A DNA stretch of 64,000 nucleotides from Azolla caroliniana (taxonomy: Eukaryota; Plantae; Polypodiophyta). Location of the stretch: the NCBI GenBank assembly GCA_043228905.1, contig JBHGNT010000004.1, positions 9,548,001 through 9,612,000 of the forward strand, written 5' to 3'. The translations under genes were made by a program, and so were the position numbers. Below the pieces are notes generated by a model that was not told where the DNA came from, did not search any database, and was given only the letters and a program-made list of their open reading frames with translations. This document shows positions 24,330-36,759 of the stretch, piece after piece. How positions within the stretch are numbered: position 1 is the first letter of the stretch; every line of letters begins with the position of its first letter.

Positions 24330-25367
24330 ATCATCATTATTGGTCTTACCATTATGACGAGGACAAGGTGGTGGTTGAACAATGGGAGCAAGAACCTGAG
24401 AAACTGCAGCTTTAATGGTAGTACTGATGAGGCTCATTGCATCTTCTACTTTCATGAAACTTCTTTTTTTCTATTCATGGAAAGCTGAAGCTTGAGAGAA
24501 GTCTTCTCTATTTAGCACCGAAGAAGGAGTAGAGCTATTGTTTTCTGCACACAACACAAGACTTTCTTCACTAAGAAGGTAGACGAGGAAGAAGGGCAAC
24601 ACCAACGAAGAGTAGAGTTCCAATGGTTCCTGATAGCATTGTCTATGTGACCACGGAGTAATCGAGCTATGGCAGCCCACATGAGCTTTTATGGCCTGAT
24701 CTGATCGACCAGGTATTCCTTAACTTATTAGAGACCAGTTTCGATCTCCATACTTCTCAACTAGTCGATGGAGAGCCGCGTGTTCGTTGGGGCTCCATGG
24801 ACCTTTCCCTCGATCATTCGGGTTGTGGATGGTCGACGCAGACAGAGATGCGTGAGAGACCGATGCAGATGTATTGGTCAAGCTTGAGAGTGCCCTGGAA
24901 GCTAATACCAAGGGAAGATGACAATCGAGAAGTTGTGATCAGATATCAGGAGAAGCTTGTGATCACGGAGAAGTCGAGCGGAGGTTGCTTCTCCTACTTC
25001 TGTTTCCATTTCGGTTGGTGCTCCTCATGATTGAAGCCTTCCATTGATGGATTGATGGATGGATAGATTCGTTCTCTGGCAGAGCGAGAGAAAAGGGAAA
25101 CAGAGACAGAGAAAAAGAGGATCATGGCATCAACATGATAAGAGGATTTGAAAGAAGGAGGATGCCATGTCTCATCTTCATCCTTAGAATAGTGCAAGAC
25201 TCTAAGAAAGGCTCTACCTCTTCATCTTCTTCCATTTCCCTTCCTCTCCTTCTTCCAGGTTGTTGCTACGTTTCTTCTTCACTACTTCTTCCGAGGGTCT
25301 AGGGTTTACATCCCAAAAATGAAACGATGAGTTAGGGGAGAGAGACACACACACAACACAGAGATAA

Positions 25368-25370
<3 letters not shown>

Positions 25371-25430
<60 letters not shown>
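25371..25430. repeat. (GA)30 microsatellite in the 5' region of the MYB pseudogene
   Basis: Perfect GA run. Confidence 0.95.
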
Positions 25431-25433
<3 letters not shown>

Positions 25434-26532
25434 GTGTTGAAGAGGGACAGTAAGAGAATTCTTTCTCAAGGAAGGGTCGGCCGTTGAGGCATGCCAAAAG
25501 TGTTGTTGGGGTGGGGGGTGAAGCCATTCTCCCAAGGGGTTAAGTTAGAGAGAGAGCGAGAGAGAAAGACAAATAGAAAATGACACCAAATGAGAGGGGA
25601 AAAAGTTATTCATTACATACCCTAGAGGGGGTTTATATAATACATCCAATGTAACGGTTACATGACAGTTATAAATAAGAGTGTTGGGTGAAAGAATGAG
25701 AGTGGAAACAATTAGCTCTGTCCTTGACATAGCTAATTAGCTATGCAAAAAGCTACCATTGATAAATAGTCATTTTAGCAAAAAGCCATCATTAATAAAT
25801 TAACTATGCAAAAAACTACCATTGAAAATACTAGAGTGTTTTAATTACATATGTAAATGAGCACCATAAATGTGCAACACAAATTGATATGTGCACCATA
25901 AATGTGTACCATAAATTATATATCGAATTCCTAGGTCCATTATGCATGATCCTTTGCCACATCACGTAGGCCATCTCTAGTTGAGTATTGTGGGTTAGTT
26001 GCTACCACTGTTGCTAAACCCTATCGAGTCCACCTGCCGCCACTCTACACTCAGTGGGCCGTTACTGTGAAGGTCGTGTATTGCTGCCACTTTTCGACCC
26101 GACGGCGTTAACAACTCCACTACCGCCATTCTACTCTCAGTTGCCTTCTCTGTGCGTTCCAAGCATCATCGGTAACTGTTCAATCTGACGGGGTTCTCTC
26201 CTCCATCGCCATCATTCTACACTCAGTTGCCGCAACTGTCCAGTCCTGGATTGCTTCCACATTTCGATTTGACGGAGTTCACTCATCCAACGGCAACATT
26301 CTACACTCAGTTGTCACCATTGGTCGGTCCTAGATCGCCTCCTCAACTATTCGATCCAACGGAGTGAACTCCTCAACTGTTCGGTCTTGGATTGCAATAA
26401 CTTTTCTATCTATTGATTATCTTGTGTATTGTTGTGTCTAATCTTGTGTATTGTGGAATATTTTTGTGTATTGTTGTTGCCCATGGCCATCTTAAATACT
26501 TGTTTTTTTTCCTGGAAATTTAGGGTTTGAAT

Positions 26533-28263
26533 ATGTCCAGCCAAATGGAAGGGGAAGAAGGGTGTTTAGAATTACCCCTCAATGATCATAAGGATAGGGA
26601 TGATGCTATCAGGCACAACAAGCCATATGAAACTATTGGGCAGAAATAAAAAGGAAACATCGTCAATTGTTGAAGGATACAAAAGCCACACTCAGTAAAG
26701 GTAAGGATAGTTTAGCTGAGAATGTAAGTAATGCGATTACCATCATAGAGAGAAAGGTTGTAGACTATTTCAATGTTCAAACCAAGCACATCAACAATGA
26801 AGAAAAGAAGGTAGTACTTTATGGAATATTAAATGATCCATCGATAAAGGACTTAGTTGATTGTGATGGTCTTAATGCAAACATATCATCTATTTTAGTA
26901 AATAATCTTCGTAATAGTTTCGTATCCATGAGCAAGTCAGAAGATGATCTTGTCTTAAAAAGGTCTAGTCTAATGATGTTACTTAATAGTGATGTTGACG
27001 ATATAAACATCAATGAGCTATCTAAGGTAATTGGTGTTAGTAGAAAAATAGTGTACAATACATTGAACCGTATAATTTCCTCGGGTGAAGGAACTAGTCT
27101 ACTAAAGCTAACTATAAGATGTAAGCCAATGACACCCATAACATCAGAAATCAAGGATGTAATCACAATGTTTTGGACTAATGAGAGTAGGGTTTCACCC
27201 AATAAAAAGGATTTATGCAGGAAACGTGTTGGAAGAAATCAATACGAGGAGCATCCCATTCATCTTCTTGATGTACCTCAGGTATTTACATTTATCTCAA
27301 CATTTGTTTTGACTGTACACGGAAAGTTAATTAGCTCAGTTAGCAGAAAAGCTAATTAGCTTATCAGTTACATTTACCTCAGTTAGCTACTAGGATAGCT
27401 ACTACATAGGTAACTGGCTACTCTCAATAGATACTACCATGATAGCTAATTAGCAGACTCAATAGCTAATTTAGTTACTACCAGATAATTAGCTACCAAA
27501 ATAGCTAACTAGCTACCATGATAGCTAATTAACTATTCTCAATAGCTAATTTAGTTATTACCAGATAATTAGCTACCAGAATAGCTAATTAGCTTTTAGG
27601 ATAGCTAATTAGCTATTAGAATAGGGTTTTAGCTACCATGATAGCTAAATAGCTACTCGAATAGCTAATTAGAATAGCTAATTAACTAATTAGCTATTAG
27701 AATAGGTAATTAGCTACCATGATAGCTAATTGGCTACTATGATAATTAGCTACTCTAGTTATTACCAGCTAATTAGCTACTAGGAAAGCTAATTAGCTAC
27801 CATGATAGCTAATTAGGTACTAGGACAACTAATTACCTACTAGGATAGCTAATTTCGTTATTACCAGCTAATTAGCTACTAGGAAAGCTAATTAGCTACC
27901 ACGATAGCTAATTAGCCACCATGATAGCTACTAGGACAGCTAATTAGCCACCACGATAGCTAATTAGCTACTAGACCAGCTAATTAGCTACCATGATAGC
28001 TAATTAGCTACTAGGACAGCTAATTAGTTACCATGATAGCTAATTAGTTACTAGGACAACTAATTAGCTACTAGAATAGCTAATTAGCTACCTTGTTCGT
28101 CCAACACTGTTTTAAGTTACATTGGCAGTGGTTATTAGCTCAACGTTTGGAGCTTACTCAACATTGGGTCTGGTCTGACGGAGCTGCGTCATAATTCAAG
28201 GCTCGACATCCATTTTATTTTGTGGGGAGGTATCCTACTATAACAGGTTTGGAGATGAGATGA
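26533..28263 (+). pseudogene. DDE transposase-like pseudogene (Sola2-like by motif); exon ~26533-27281 plus a core fragment at 28090-28263
   Basis: FWTNESRVSPNKKDLCRKR..HPIHLL followed by a CAG|GTA donor at 27281; 28090-28263 reads TLFVQHCFKLHWQWL..HWVWSDGAAS*FKARHPFYFVGRYPTITGLEMR* (SDGxxxQFK catalytic-type motif). Confidence 0.6.
27325..28090. repeat. Minisatellite built on the palindrome TAGCTAATTAGCTA (intron of the plus-strand gene)
   Basis: Dozens of ~20-bp units such as ccatgatagctaattagcta. Confidence 0.95.
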
Positions 28264-28360
28264 GATGTGGGGAGGATAGCTAATTAACTACTTTACACAA
28301 CTATGGCAGTAGCTCATTAGCTAGTAGGATAGCTAATTAGCTAGTAGCTAATTAGTTGCC

Positions 28361-28535
28361 AATGCCATGAAATAGTGGAAACAGCATGTAAAACTGAGGT
28401 TCACAACAATAGTGTTTTTGAACACTTGATGTAGCATACTGCCATAATGTTGCATCAAGTGCTGCATCAAGTGTTCAAAAACATTGTTGTTGTGAACCTC
28501 AGTTTTACATGTTGTTTCCACTATTTCATAGCATT
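28361..28535. repeat. Near-perfect inverted repeat (~76-bp arms, ~23-nt loop)
   Basis: AATGCCATGAAATAGTGG...TGTAGCA pairs with TGCTGCATC...CATAGCATT; about 5 mismatches. Confidence 0.95.
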
Positions 28536-28615
28536 TCAAATCGTTGCCTAATTCAGTACACTATTCCAAAAGAATAGGGTGGAGCTGATCTGAAGGAGAT
28601 GTGATAGCAGAACTC

Positions 28616-31173
28616 TTACTTTCAGCCACGTTGGCAGCTATCTCCTCATCTGTTGCAGCGTCATCAACACCAGACACATCATGTGTCGTCCTTAATCCAC
28701 AAAATTCTACAATAACAAGGCAGCTATTTAGGATAGCTAATTAGCTACTTTACTAAACTATGGTAGCTAGTACGATAGCTAATTAGCTACTTTCCTCAAC
28801 TATGGTAGTAGGTAGGATAGCTAATTAGCTACTATGGTAGCTAATTAGCTACTTTACTCAACTATGGTAGTAGCTAGGATAGCTAATTAGCTACTTTACT
28901 AACTATGGTAGTAGCTAGGATAGCTAATTAGCTACTTTACTCAACTATGGTAGTAACTAGCATAGCTAATTAGCTACTTTACTAACTATGGTAGTAGCTA
29001 GGATAGCTAATTAGCTACTATGGTAGCTAATTAACTACTTTACTCAACTATGGTAGTAGCTAGGATAGCTAATTAGCTACTTTACTCAACTATGGTAGTA
29101 GCTAGGATAGCTAATTAGCTACTATGGTAGCTAATTAACTACTTTACTCAACTATGGTAGTAGCTAGGATAGCTAATTAGCTACTTTACTCAACTATGGT
29201 AGTAGCTAGGATAGCTAATTAGCTACTGGGATAGCTAATTAGCTACTTTTCTCAACTATGGTAATATCTAGGATAGCTAATTAGCTACTAGGATAGCTAA
29301 TTAGCTACTTTCTCAACTATGTAGTAGCTAGGATAGCTAATTAGCTACTAGGATAGCTAATTAGCTACTTTACACAACTATGGTACTAGCTAATTAGTTA
29401 TGAGTAGCTAATTAGCTAGTAGCTAACTAGCTGCCAGTAGCTAATTAGCTGCCATTAGGATAGCTAATTAGCTGCCAGTAGGACAGCTAATTAGCTAGTA
29501 GCTAACTAGCTGCCACTTAGCTAATTAACTACTGTAGTAAACTATGGCAGTAGCTAATTAGCTACTAGGATAGCTATTAGTTGCTTTAATCAACTATGGT
29601 AGTAGCTAATTAGCTGCCAGTAGGATAGCTAATTAGCTAGTAGCTATTTAGCTGCCACTTAGCTAATTAACTATTGTAGTAAACTATGGCAGTAGCTAAT
29701 TAGCTACTAGGATAGCTATTAGCTGCTTTAATCAACTATGGTAGTAGCTAATTAGCTACAACGATAACAACAAAATAGTTTCCATACTTTTTACGGCTTA
29801 GCTAATTAGAAGGGACTAAGCTTACTAGCTACAATATGGTATACCTGTTAGTTTTCTCCACTCATTTGGTAGAGTTGTACTGCAATCTACCAAATAGAAT
29901 GCAGCAATTCGATAGGCATATTGAAAACAAAGGAGATGGTATGTGTGGTTGCATGGTTGTAGGTGAACCAACACAGACGTAGTTTTGTCCTCCATACCTA
30001 ACCCGCAAGCGATGCAACGTGCTTGAACTGTCAATAAATCATTTTCTGGTTCTCCTTCATTTGGTAAGGGAGCAAGAATGTTCAGGTCCAAATCCTGTCT
30101 GCTCCTTACCATTCCCTCCACAAAATGTAGTTGCTTCTTAAAGCAGATAACTACCTGTTCTTGATGAATGTATTGTTCCTTCAACGCAACAGAGAAATTT
30201 ACCGATTAATTATTCCTGTCTGAGAAAGATACACCAACTTTGCTCAGGAATCGTTAACTTACTTGAAGCTTTTCCAAATTGTAATCTGCAACAATATTTA
30301 CACCTAGAAGGTCCAGGTTCATTGAAAGAACCTGGATATCTATTTGCAGTTGTATTTTACGCTGGGGATCTAGTGGCCCCTCTAATTCAAGCTCCTGTTG
30401 CGCAACCTATTCCAGATAATGCTTGATTAGCACATTTTACCCTTAAAGTTATTTATAACACAATCACATACCAACAAAAGAATAGTTACCTAAATCTTAT
30501 TTCTAATCGTTGTAACAGCGAAAGTAACTTTGCTCTCCATTGCAGAAGCCATTGTGGCTTTCTCTAAATCAGTCTTAAAGAATGCCAATGTCTGACAGGC
30601 TTCATGGACATTTTTTAGCATATAGCTAACCAATGTCTCACCTGTATCATCGACATTGGCTTTCCTTGGGTGTCGGTGTCGTGTATGCCCCCGGTTTTGC
30701 CGGGAGTCGGCAGCTGCATCAACAGCTGCCATGCTCCAAAATCTGTCTATTTTTTGTGCCAAGGTCCCCATCTTTTGGCATCTTTCTATCGATGCCTCAC
30801 CATAGACTGCCCAAGCTACCCTATACATTTCAGGGTCTCTGGATTCCTTCATTGTTTTGCAGTACTCATATGCAAATGCTCTAGCAAATGAAACTGACAA
30901 CTCATTGTTGACTGGGATCTCCTGATGAACTTTCTGGTGCAGCCTCATGCAGTCATCGTACAAGTCGGCTCATACATGCTTCAGCTTGACCTTGCCTTTG
31001 ACTCTAGGCACTGTTTATATACTGTCATCTAGTCTACATCACTTATCAATTTATCACTTAGTACAGCAGGGTCAACACCCTTGAGTGACAGACCATAGGT
31101 GTTGTGGAAGTCCTCCTTTGTCTCGCAAAATTTTGCGAAGTTTAGCACTCTCAGATACGGAGGAACGAGCCAT
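28616..31173 (-). pseudogene. Spliced RING-H2 finger gene, disrupted; exons 31173-30490, 30406-30263, 30178-29845, 28706-28616
   Basis: GT-AG introns of 83, 84 and ~1140 nt with consistent phases; CIACG..PCNHTYHLLC RING-H2 pattern with one distal Cys lost; in-frame stops and a frameshift in the first visible exon. Confidence 0.7.
28720..29810. repeat. Second TAGCTAATTAGCTA minisatellite (last intron of the RING gene)
   Basis: ~44-bp units ggatagctaattagctactttactcaactatggtagtagcta. Confidence 0.95.
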
Positions 31174-31175
31174 CT

Positions 31176-31930
31176 GAAATATCAAATCAGAAATCAGAAA
31201 TAGTGCAAAATCAGAATATGTCAGAATCAGAAATCGCAATCAACAACAACAGAAATAGTGCAAAATCATTAACTTAGCAAATCAGAAACCCCTTTCAGAA
31301 ATTGCAATCAGATATTTCTAAACAGAAACCCTAATCATAATTTGTATTTAGAAATTTGAAATCAGAAACCCTAATCAAAATCTGTAATCAGAAGTTTGTA
31401 ACCAGAAACCCTATTCAGAAATTCTAATCAGAAATTTATAATCAAAAACCCTAATCAGAAATTTTAATCAGAAACCATAATCAGAAAATTGTAACCAGAA
31501 ACAAAAACCCTAATCATAATTTGTATTCAGAAATTTGAAATAAAAAACCCTAATCAAAATCTATAATCAGAAGTTTGAAATCAAAAACCCTAATCAAAAT
31601 CTGTAATCAGAAGTTTGTAACCAGAAACCCTATTCAAAAATTCTAATCAGAAATTTATAATAAAAAACCCTAATCAGACATTTCAATCAGAAACACTAAT
31701 AAAAAATTTCAATCACAAACCCTAATCAGAAATTCTAATCACAAATTTATAAAGAAAAACCCTATTCATAAATTCTAATATGTAATCAAAATCTGTAACC
31801 AGAACCCTATTCAGAAATTCTAATCAGAAATTTATAATAAAAAACCCTAATCAGAAATTTCAATCACAAACCCTAATCAGAAATTTATAAACAGAAACCC
31901 TAATCAGAAATTTTAATCAGAAACCCCAAT
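31176..31930. repeat. AAACCCTAATCAGAAAT minisatellite containing telo-boxes
   Basis: More than 10 copies of AAACCCTA(A/T) in ~15-30-bp degenerate units. Confidence 0.9.
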
Positions 31931-31942
31931 CTATTTGTTATA

Positions 31943-34900
31943 CGGAATGGTCGTACTATGATAGAATTATATGCCCCTTCACTCTCCCAAAGGGTAGTAT
32001 TGCACGAAGGGTAGCTGTGACCGACAACAAGAATAAGGATACAAGATATTTGAAGGGTGATGGAAGGTAAGTACCTATAATAGCATAAGACACAATAAAA
32101 TATATATACATTATAATAGCATAACACACAATATTCTTTTTTGTTTATGTTTTTGCCATTGTTAAAAACAAGAAATTGTTTTAGCCAAAAACAACTCTTT
32201 TTGCTAGTGAATGCAGAGTAAGCATTGAAACTCTACAAGTTTCGCTACTACGGAAAGGTGGTACTATGACAGAATTATATGCCCCCTTCACACTCCCAAA
32301 TGGTAGTATTGCACGAAGGGTAGTTGTGACCGACAATAAGAATAAGGATACAAGAAATTTGAAGGGTGATGGAAGGTAAGTACTTATGATAGCATAAGAC
32401 ACAGTAAACATACACACATTATATTAGCATAAGACACAATATTCTTTCTTGTTTATGTTTTTGCCATTGTTAAAAACAAAAAATTGTTTTAGCCAAAACA
32501 ACACTTTTTGCTGGTAAATGCAGAGTAAGCATTGAAACTCTAGGAGTTCCGCTACCATGGAAAGGTGGTACTATGACAGAATCATATGCCCCCTTCACAC
32601 TCCTAAATGGTAGTATTGCACAAAGTGTAGCTGTGACCGACAACAAGAATAAGGATACAAGAAATCTGAAGGGCGATGGAATGTAAGTACTTATAATAGC
32701 ATAAGACACAATATTGCTTTTTGTTTATGTTTTTGCCATTGTTAAAAACAAAAAATAGTTTTAGCCAAAACAACACTTTTTGCTGGTGAATGTAGAGTAA
32801 GCATTGAATCTCTACAAGTTCAGCTACCACTAAAAGATGGTACTATGACAAAATCCTATGCCCTCTTCACACTCCCAAAGGGTAGTATTGCACGAAGTGT
32901 AGTTGTGACCGACAACAAGAATAAGGATAGAAGAAATTTGAAGGGCAATCGAATGTAAGTACTTATAATAGCATAAGACAAAATTAAACATATATACATT
33001 ATAATAGCATAACACAAAATATTCTTTTTTGTTTATGTATTTGCCATTCTTAAAAACAGAAAATTGTTTTAGCCAAAACAACAGTTTTTTGCTGGTAAAT
33101 GCAGAGCGAGCATTGAAACTCTACGAGTTCTGCTGGCACGGAATGGTGGTACTATGACAAAATCCTATGCCCCCTTCACACTCACAAAGGGTAGTATTGC
33201 ACGAAGGGTAGCTGTGACCGATAACAAGAATAAGGATACAAGAAATTTGAAGGGCTATGACAAAATCCTATGCCCCCTTCAGACTCACAAAGGGTAGTAT
33301 TGCACGAAGGGTAGCTGTGACGGATAACAAGAATAAGGATAGAAGAAATTTGAAGGGTGATCGAATGTAAGTACTTATAATAGCATAAGACAAAATTAAA
33401 CATATATACATTATAATAGCATAACACAAAATATTCTTTTTTGTTTATGTATTTGCCATTCTTAAAAACAGAAAATTGTTTTAGCCAAAACAACAGTTTT
33501 TTGCTGGTGAATGCAGAGTGAGCATTGAAACTCTACGAGTTCTGCTGGCACGGAATGGTGGTACTATGACAAAATCCTATGCCCCCTTCACACTCACATA
33601 GGGTAGTATTGCACGAAGGGTAGTTGTGACCGATAACAAGAATAAGGATACAAGAAATTTGAAGGGTTGTGACAAAATCCTATGCCTCCACACTTACAAA
33701 GGGTAGTATTGCACGAAGGGTAGCTGTGACGGATAACAAGAATAAGGATACAAGAAATTTGAAGGGCGATGAAAGATAAGTACTTATAATAGCATAAGAC
33801 ACAATAAAACATACATATATTATAATAGCATAACACAAAATATTCTTTTTTGTTTATGTTTTTGCCATTGTTCAAAACAAAAAATTATTGTAGCCAAAAA
33901 ACACTTTTTGCTGGTGAATGCAAAGAAAGCATTGAAACTCTACGATTTCTGCTAACACGGAATGGTGGTACTATGATAAAATCCTATGCCCTCTTCACAC
34001 TCACAAAGGGTAGTATTGCACGAAGGGTAGCTGTGACCGACAACAAGAATAAGGATACAAGAAATTTGAAGGGCGATGGAAGGTAAGTACTTATAATAGA
34101 ATAAGACACAATAAAAAATACATACATTATAATAGCAAAACAAAAAATATTCTTTTTTGTTTATGTTTTTGCCATTGTTAAAAACAAAAAATAGTTTTAG
34201 CCAAAACAACACTTTTTGTTGGTGAATGTAGAGTAAGCATTGAAACTCTACGAGTTCTGTTACCACGGAATGGTGGTACTATGACAAAATCCTATGCCCT
34301 CTTCACACTCCCAAAGGATAGTATTGCACGAAGGGTAGCTGTGACTAACAACAAGAATAAGGATAGAAGAAATTTGAAGGGCAATGGAAGGTAGGTACTT
34401 TTAATAGGATAAGACACAATGAAACATTCATACATTATAATAGCATAAGACACAATATTCTTTTTTGGGTGGTGAATGCAGAGTGAGCACTGGAACTCTA
34501 CGAGTTCAGTTGCCATGAAGGGAAAATACTTTTGCAAAATTGTTGGCCCCCATCACACTCACAGAGGGTAGTACTGCATGAAATTTGAAGGACGATGGAA
34601 GGTAAGTACTTATAGTATGATAACACACAATAAGAGATACATACATTATAATAGCATAAGACATAATATTCTTTTTTTTAATTATGTTTTTGCCATTGTT
34701 AAAAGCAAAAAATTGGTGGGAGAGGCAAAAGCGTATTGATTCTAAAGATGCTAAAGATTGTGTGGAGGAGGATGTTGTAGAAGTGGTGATGGAGACCAAC
34801 TCTATGTTAGCAACTTTTGATATGTTTTGTGATCGTGGTGTTATTTTGTATTTCACCAGGAAACTTCCTTTGGTATTATGGATTAAGCAGTGGTTAAATT

Positions 34901-35935
34901 CATTCATAATGCCCAATTGTGTTGAGGATATGTATGTGGTTCCAAGGGGTTTCTATAATGTAGTATTGCACGAAGGGTAGTTGTGACCGACAATAAGAAT
35001 AAGGATACAAGAAATTTGAAGGGTGATGGAAGGTCAGTACTTATAATAGCATAAGACATAGTAAAACATACATACATTATAATAGCATAAGACACAATAT
35101 TCTTTCTTGTTTATGTTTTTGCCATTGTTAAAAACAAAAAATTGTTTTAGCTAAAACAACACTTTTTGCTGGTAAATGCAGAGTAAGCATTGAAACTCTA
35201 GGAGTTCCGCTACCATGGAAAGGTGGTACTATGACAGAATCATATGCCCCCTTCACACTCCCAAATGGTAGTATTGCACAAAGTGTAGCTGTGACCGACA
35301 ACAAGAATAAGGATACAAGAAATCTGAAGGGCGATGGAATGTAAGTACTTATAATAGCATAAGACACAATATTGTTTTTTGTTTATGTTTTTGCCATTGT
35401 TAAAAACAAAAAATAGTTTTAGCCAAAACAACACTTTTTGCTGGTGAATGTAGAGTAAGCATTGAATCTCTACGAGTTCAACTCCCATGGAAAGATGGTA
35501 CTATGACAAAATCCTATGGCCCCTTCACACTCCCAAAGGGTAGTATTGCACGAAGTGTAGTTGTGACCGACAACAAGAATAAGGATACAAGAAATTTGAA
35601 GGGCGATGGAAGGTAAGTACTTATAATAGCACAAGACACAATAAAACATTCATACATTATAATAGCATAAGACACAATATTCTTTTTTGGGTGGTGAATG
35701 CAGAGTGAGCACTGGAACTCTACGAGTTCAGTTGCCATGAAGGGAAAATACTTTTGCAAAATTGTTGGCCCCCATCACACTCACAGAGGGTAGTACTGCA
35801 TGAAATTTGAAGGATGATGGAAGGTAAGTACTTATAGTAGGATAACACACAATAAGAGATACATACATTATAATAGCATAAGACACAATATTCTATTTTT
35901 TTTTATGTTTTTGACATTGTTAAAAGCAAAAAATT
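31943..35935 (+). repeat. Tandem array of ~308-bp units (about 12), each a 159-nt exon-like segment plus a ~148-nt intron-like segment
   Basis: Unit starts at 31949, 32257, 32564, 32836, 33145...; GAAG|GTAAGT donors and TGCAG| acceptors. Confidence 0.92.
34712..34965 (+). pseudogene. Duplicated LINE ORF1 (DUF4283-like) fragment inside the array
   Basis: Near-identical to 35932-36140 joined to 41502-41680; GVILYFTRKLP..WIKQW..PRGFYNVV. Confidence 0.75.
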
Positions 35936-36759
35936 GGTGGGAGAGGCAAAAGTGTATTGATTCTACAAAACATGAGAAAATATCATATGATGCTATTCTT
36001 GGTGGGAAAGATGTTATTGGAGATGATTATGATATTGATAGTAGTAGTGATTTTGTTAAGGCTTTGCTTTCTGATTTTATGGAAAAAACTGACAAAGATG
36101 CTAAAGATTGTGTGGAGGAGGATGTTGTAGAAGTGGTGATAATACCTTTGCATTCACAAGTGGAAGGATTGCGCATTCCACTTATAGATTCCTTTTATAA
36201 TCTTGCGATTTTAGACAATTTCCAAAAACTTGATACACTAGTATCACATGTTTTAAATAGCATGTAAATTTTGCTAATTTTTTGAGATTTAACAAATTTC
36301 AAAATGATAATTTCTAAAATTGAATAGTTTAGGGATAATGTTTAAAGGTTGATGGTTTGTAGATATGAAATGTAGTTAACTTAAAGAAAATCACAATTAT
36401 GGTCAACTCAAGGCACAAGTTAAGATTAATGGTTTCACCGTCTTGAGAAGATTAAGGTTACATCTATTGTTAGACTTGAAAATGTTTTAAGTATAAAAGG
36501 TAATATTGCAATCCTTAATGTCATCATCTATAAATTAGTGCTCATTAACATCCATAAATTCACAACTCAAGAATTGTAGACAATATTTATAAACAATTTT
36601 GATAAATCCACAACTCCTAAAATGTAGACGATATTCATAAATTGTCAAACTTTAGATGTGAACATTAATATATCAATTTGAACATAACACATAGTTATCA
36701 AGGTATCTACAATGTTATAATCTCCTTCCTTATAAGAATTCCCCTTCAAAATTTGTGAA

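Larger units (their letters stand above)
18311..25044 (-). pseudogene. R2R3-MYB subgroup 22 (MYB44/73/77-like) pseudogene split by a Copia insertion
   Basis: R2: DRGKGPWSPNEHAALHRLVEKYGDRNWSLIS*GIPGRS; R3 remnant WAAIARLLRGHIDNAIRNHWNSTLR (~24605-24680); C-terminal motif GLMAAMKEMVAKEVHTYM (~18470-18523); stops and two internal deletions. Confidence 0.88.

Noticed and set aside
17869-25718. Complete Pack-MULE enclosing the MYB copy
   Set aside because: Only weak similarity between 17869 and the reverse complement near 25690-25718; no 9-bp TSD found
31176-31930. Interstitial telomere
   Set aside because: AAACCCT is not tandem; it is embedded in longer units
32181-35759. Hydrophobic minus-strand ORFs in the 308-bp array as membrane proteins
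   Set aside because: By-products of T-rich repeat sequence in varying frames; the splice signals point to the plus strand
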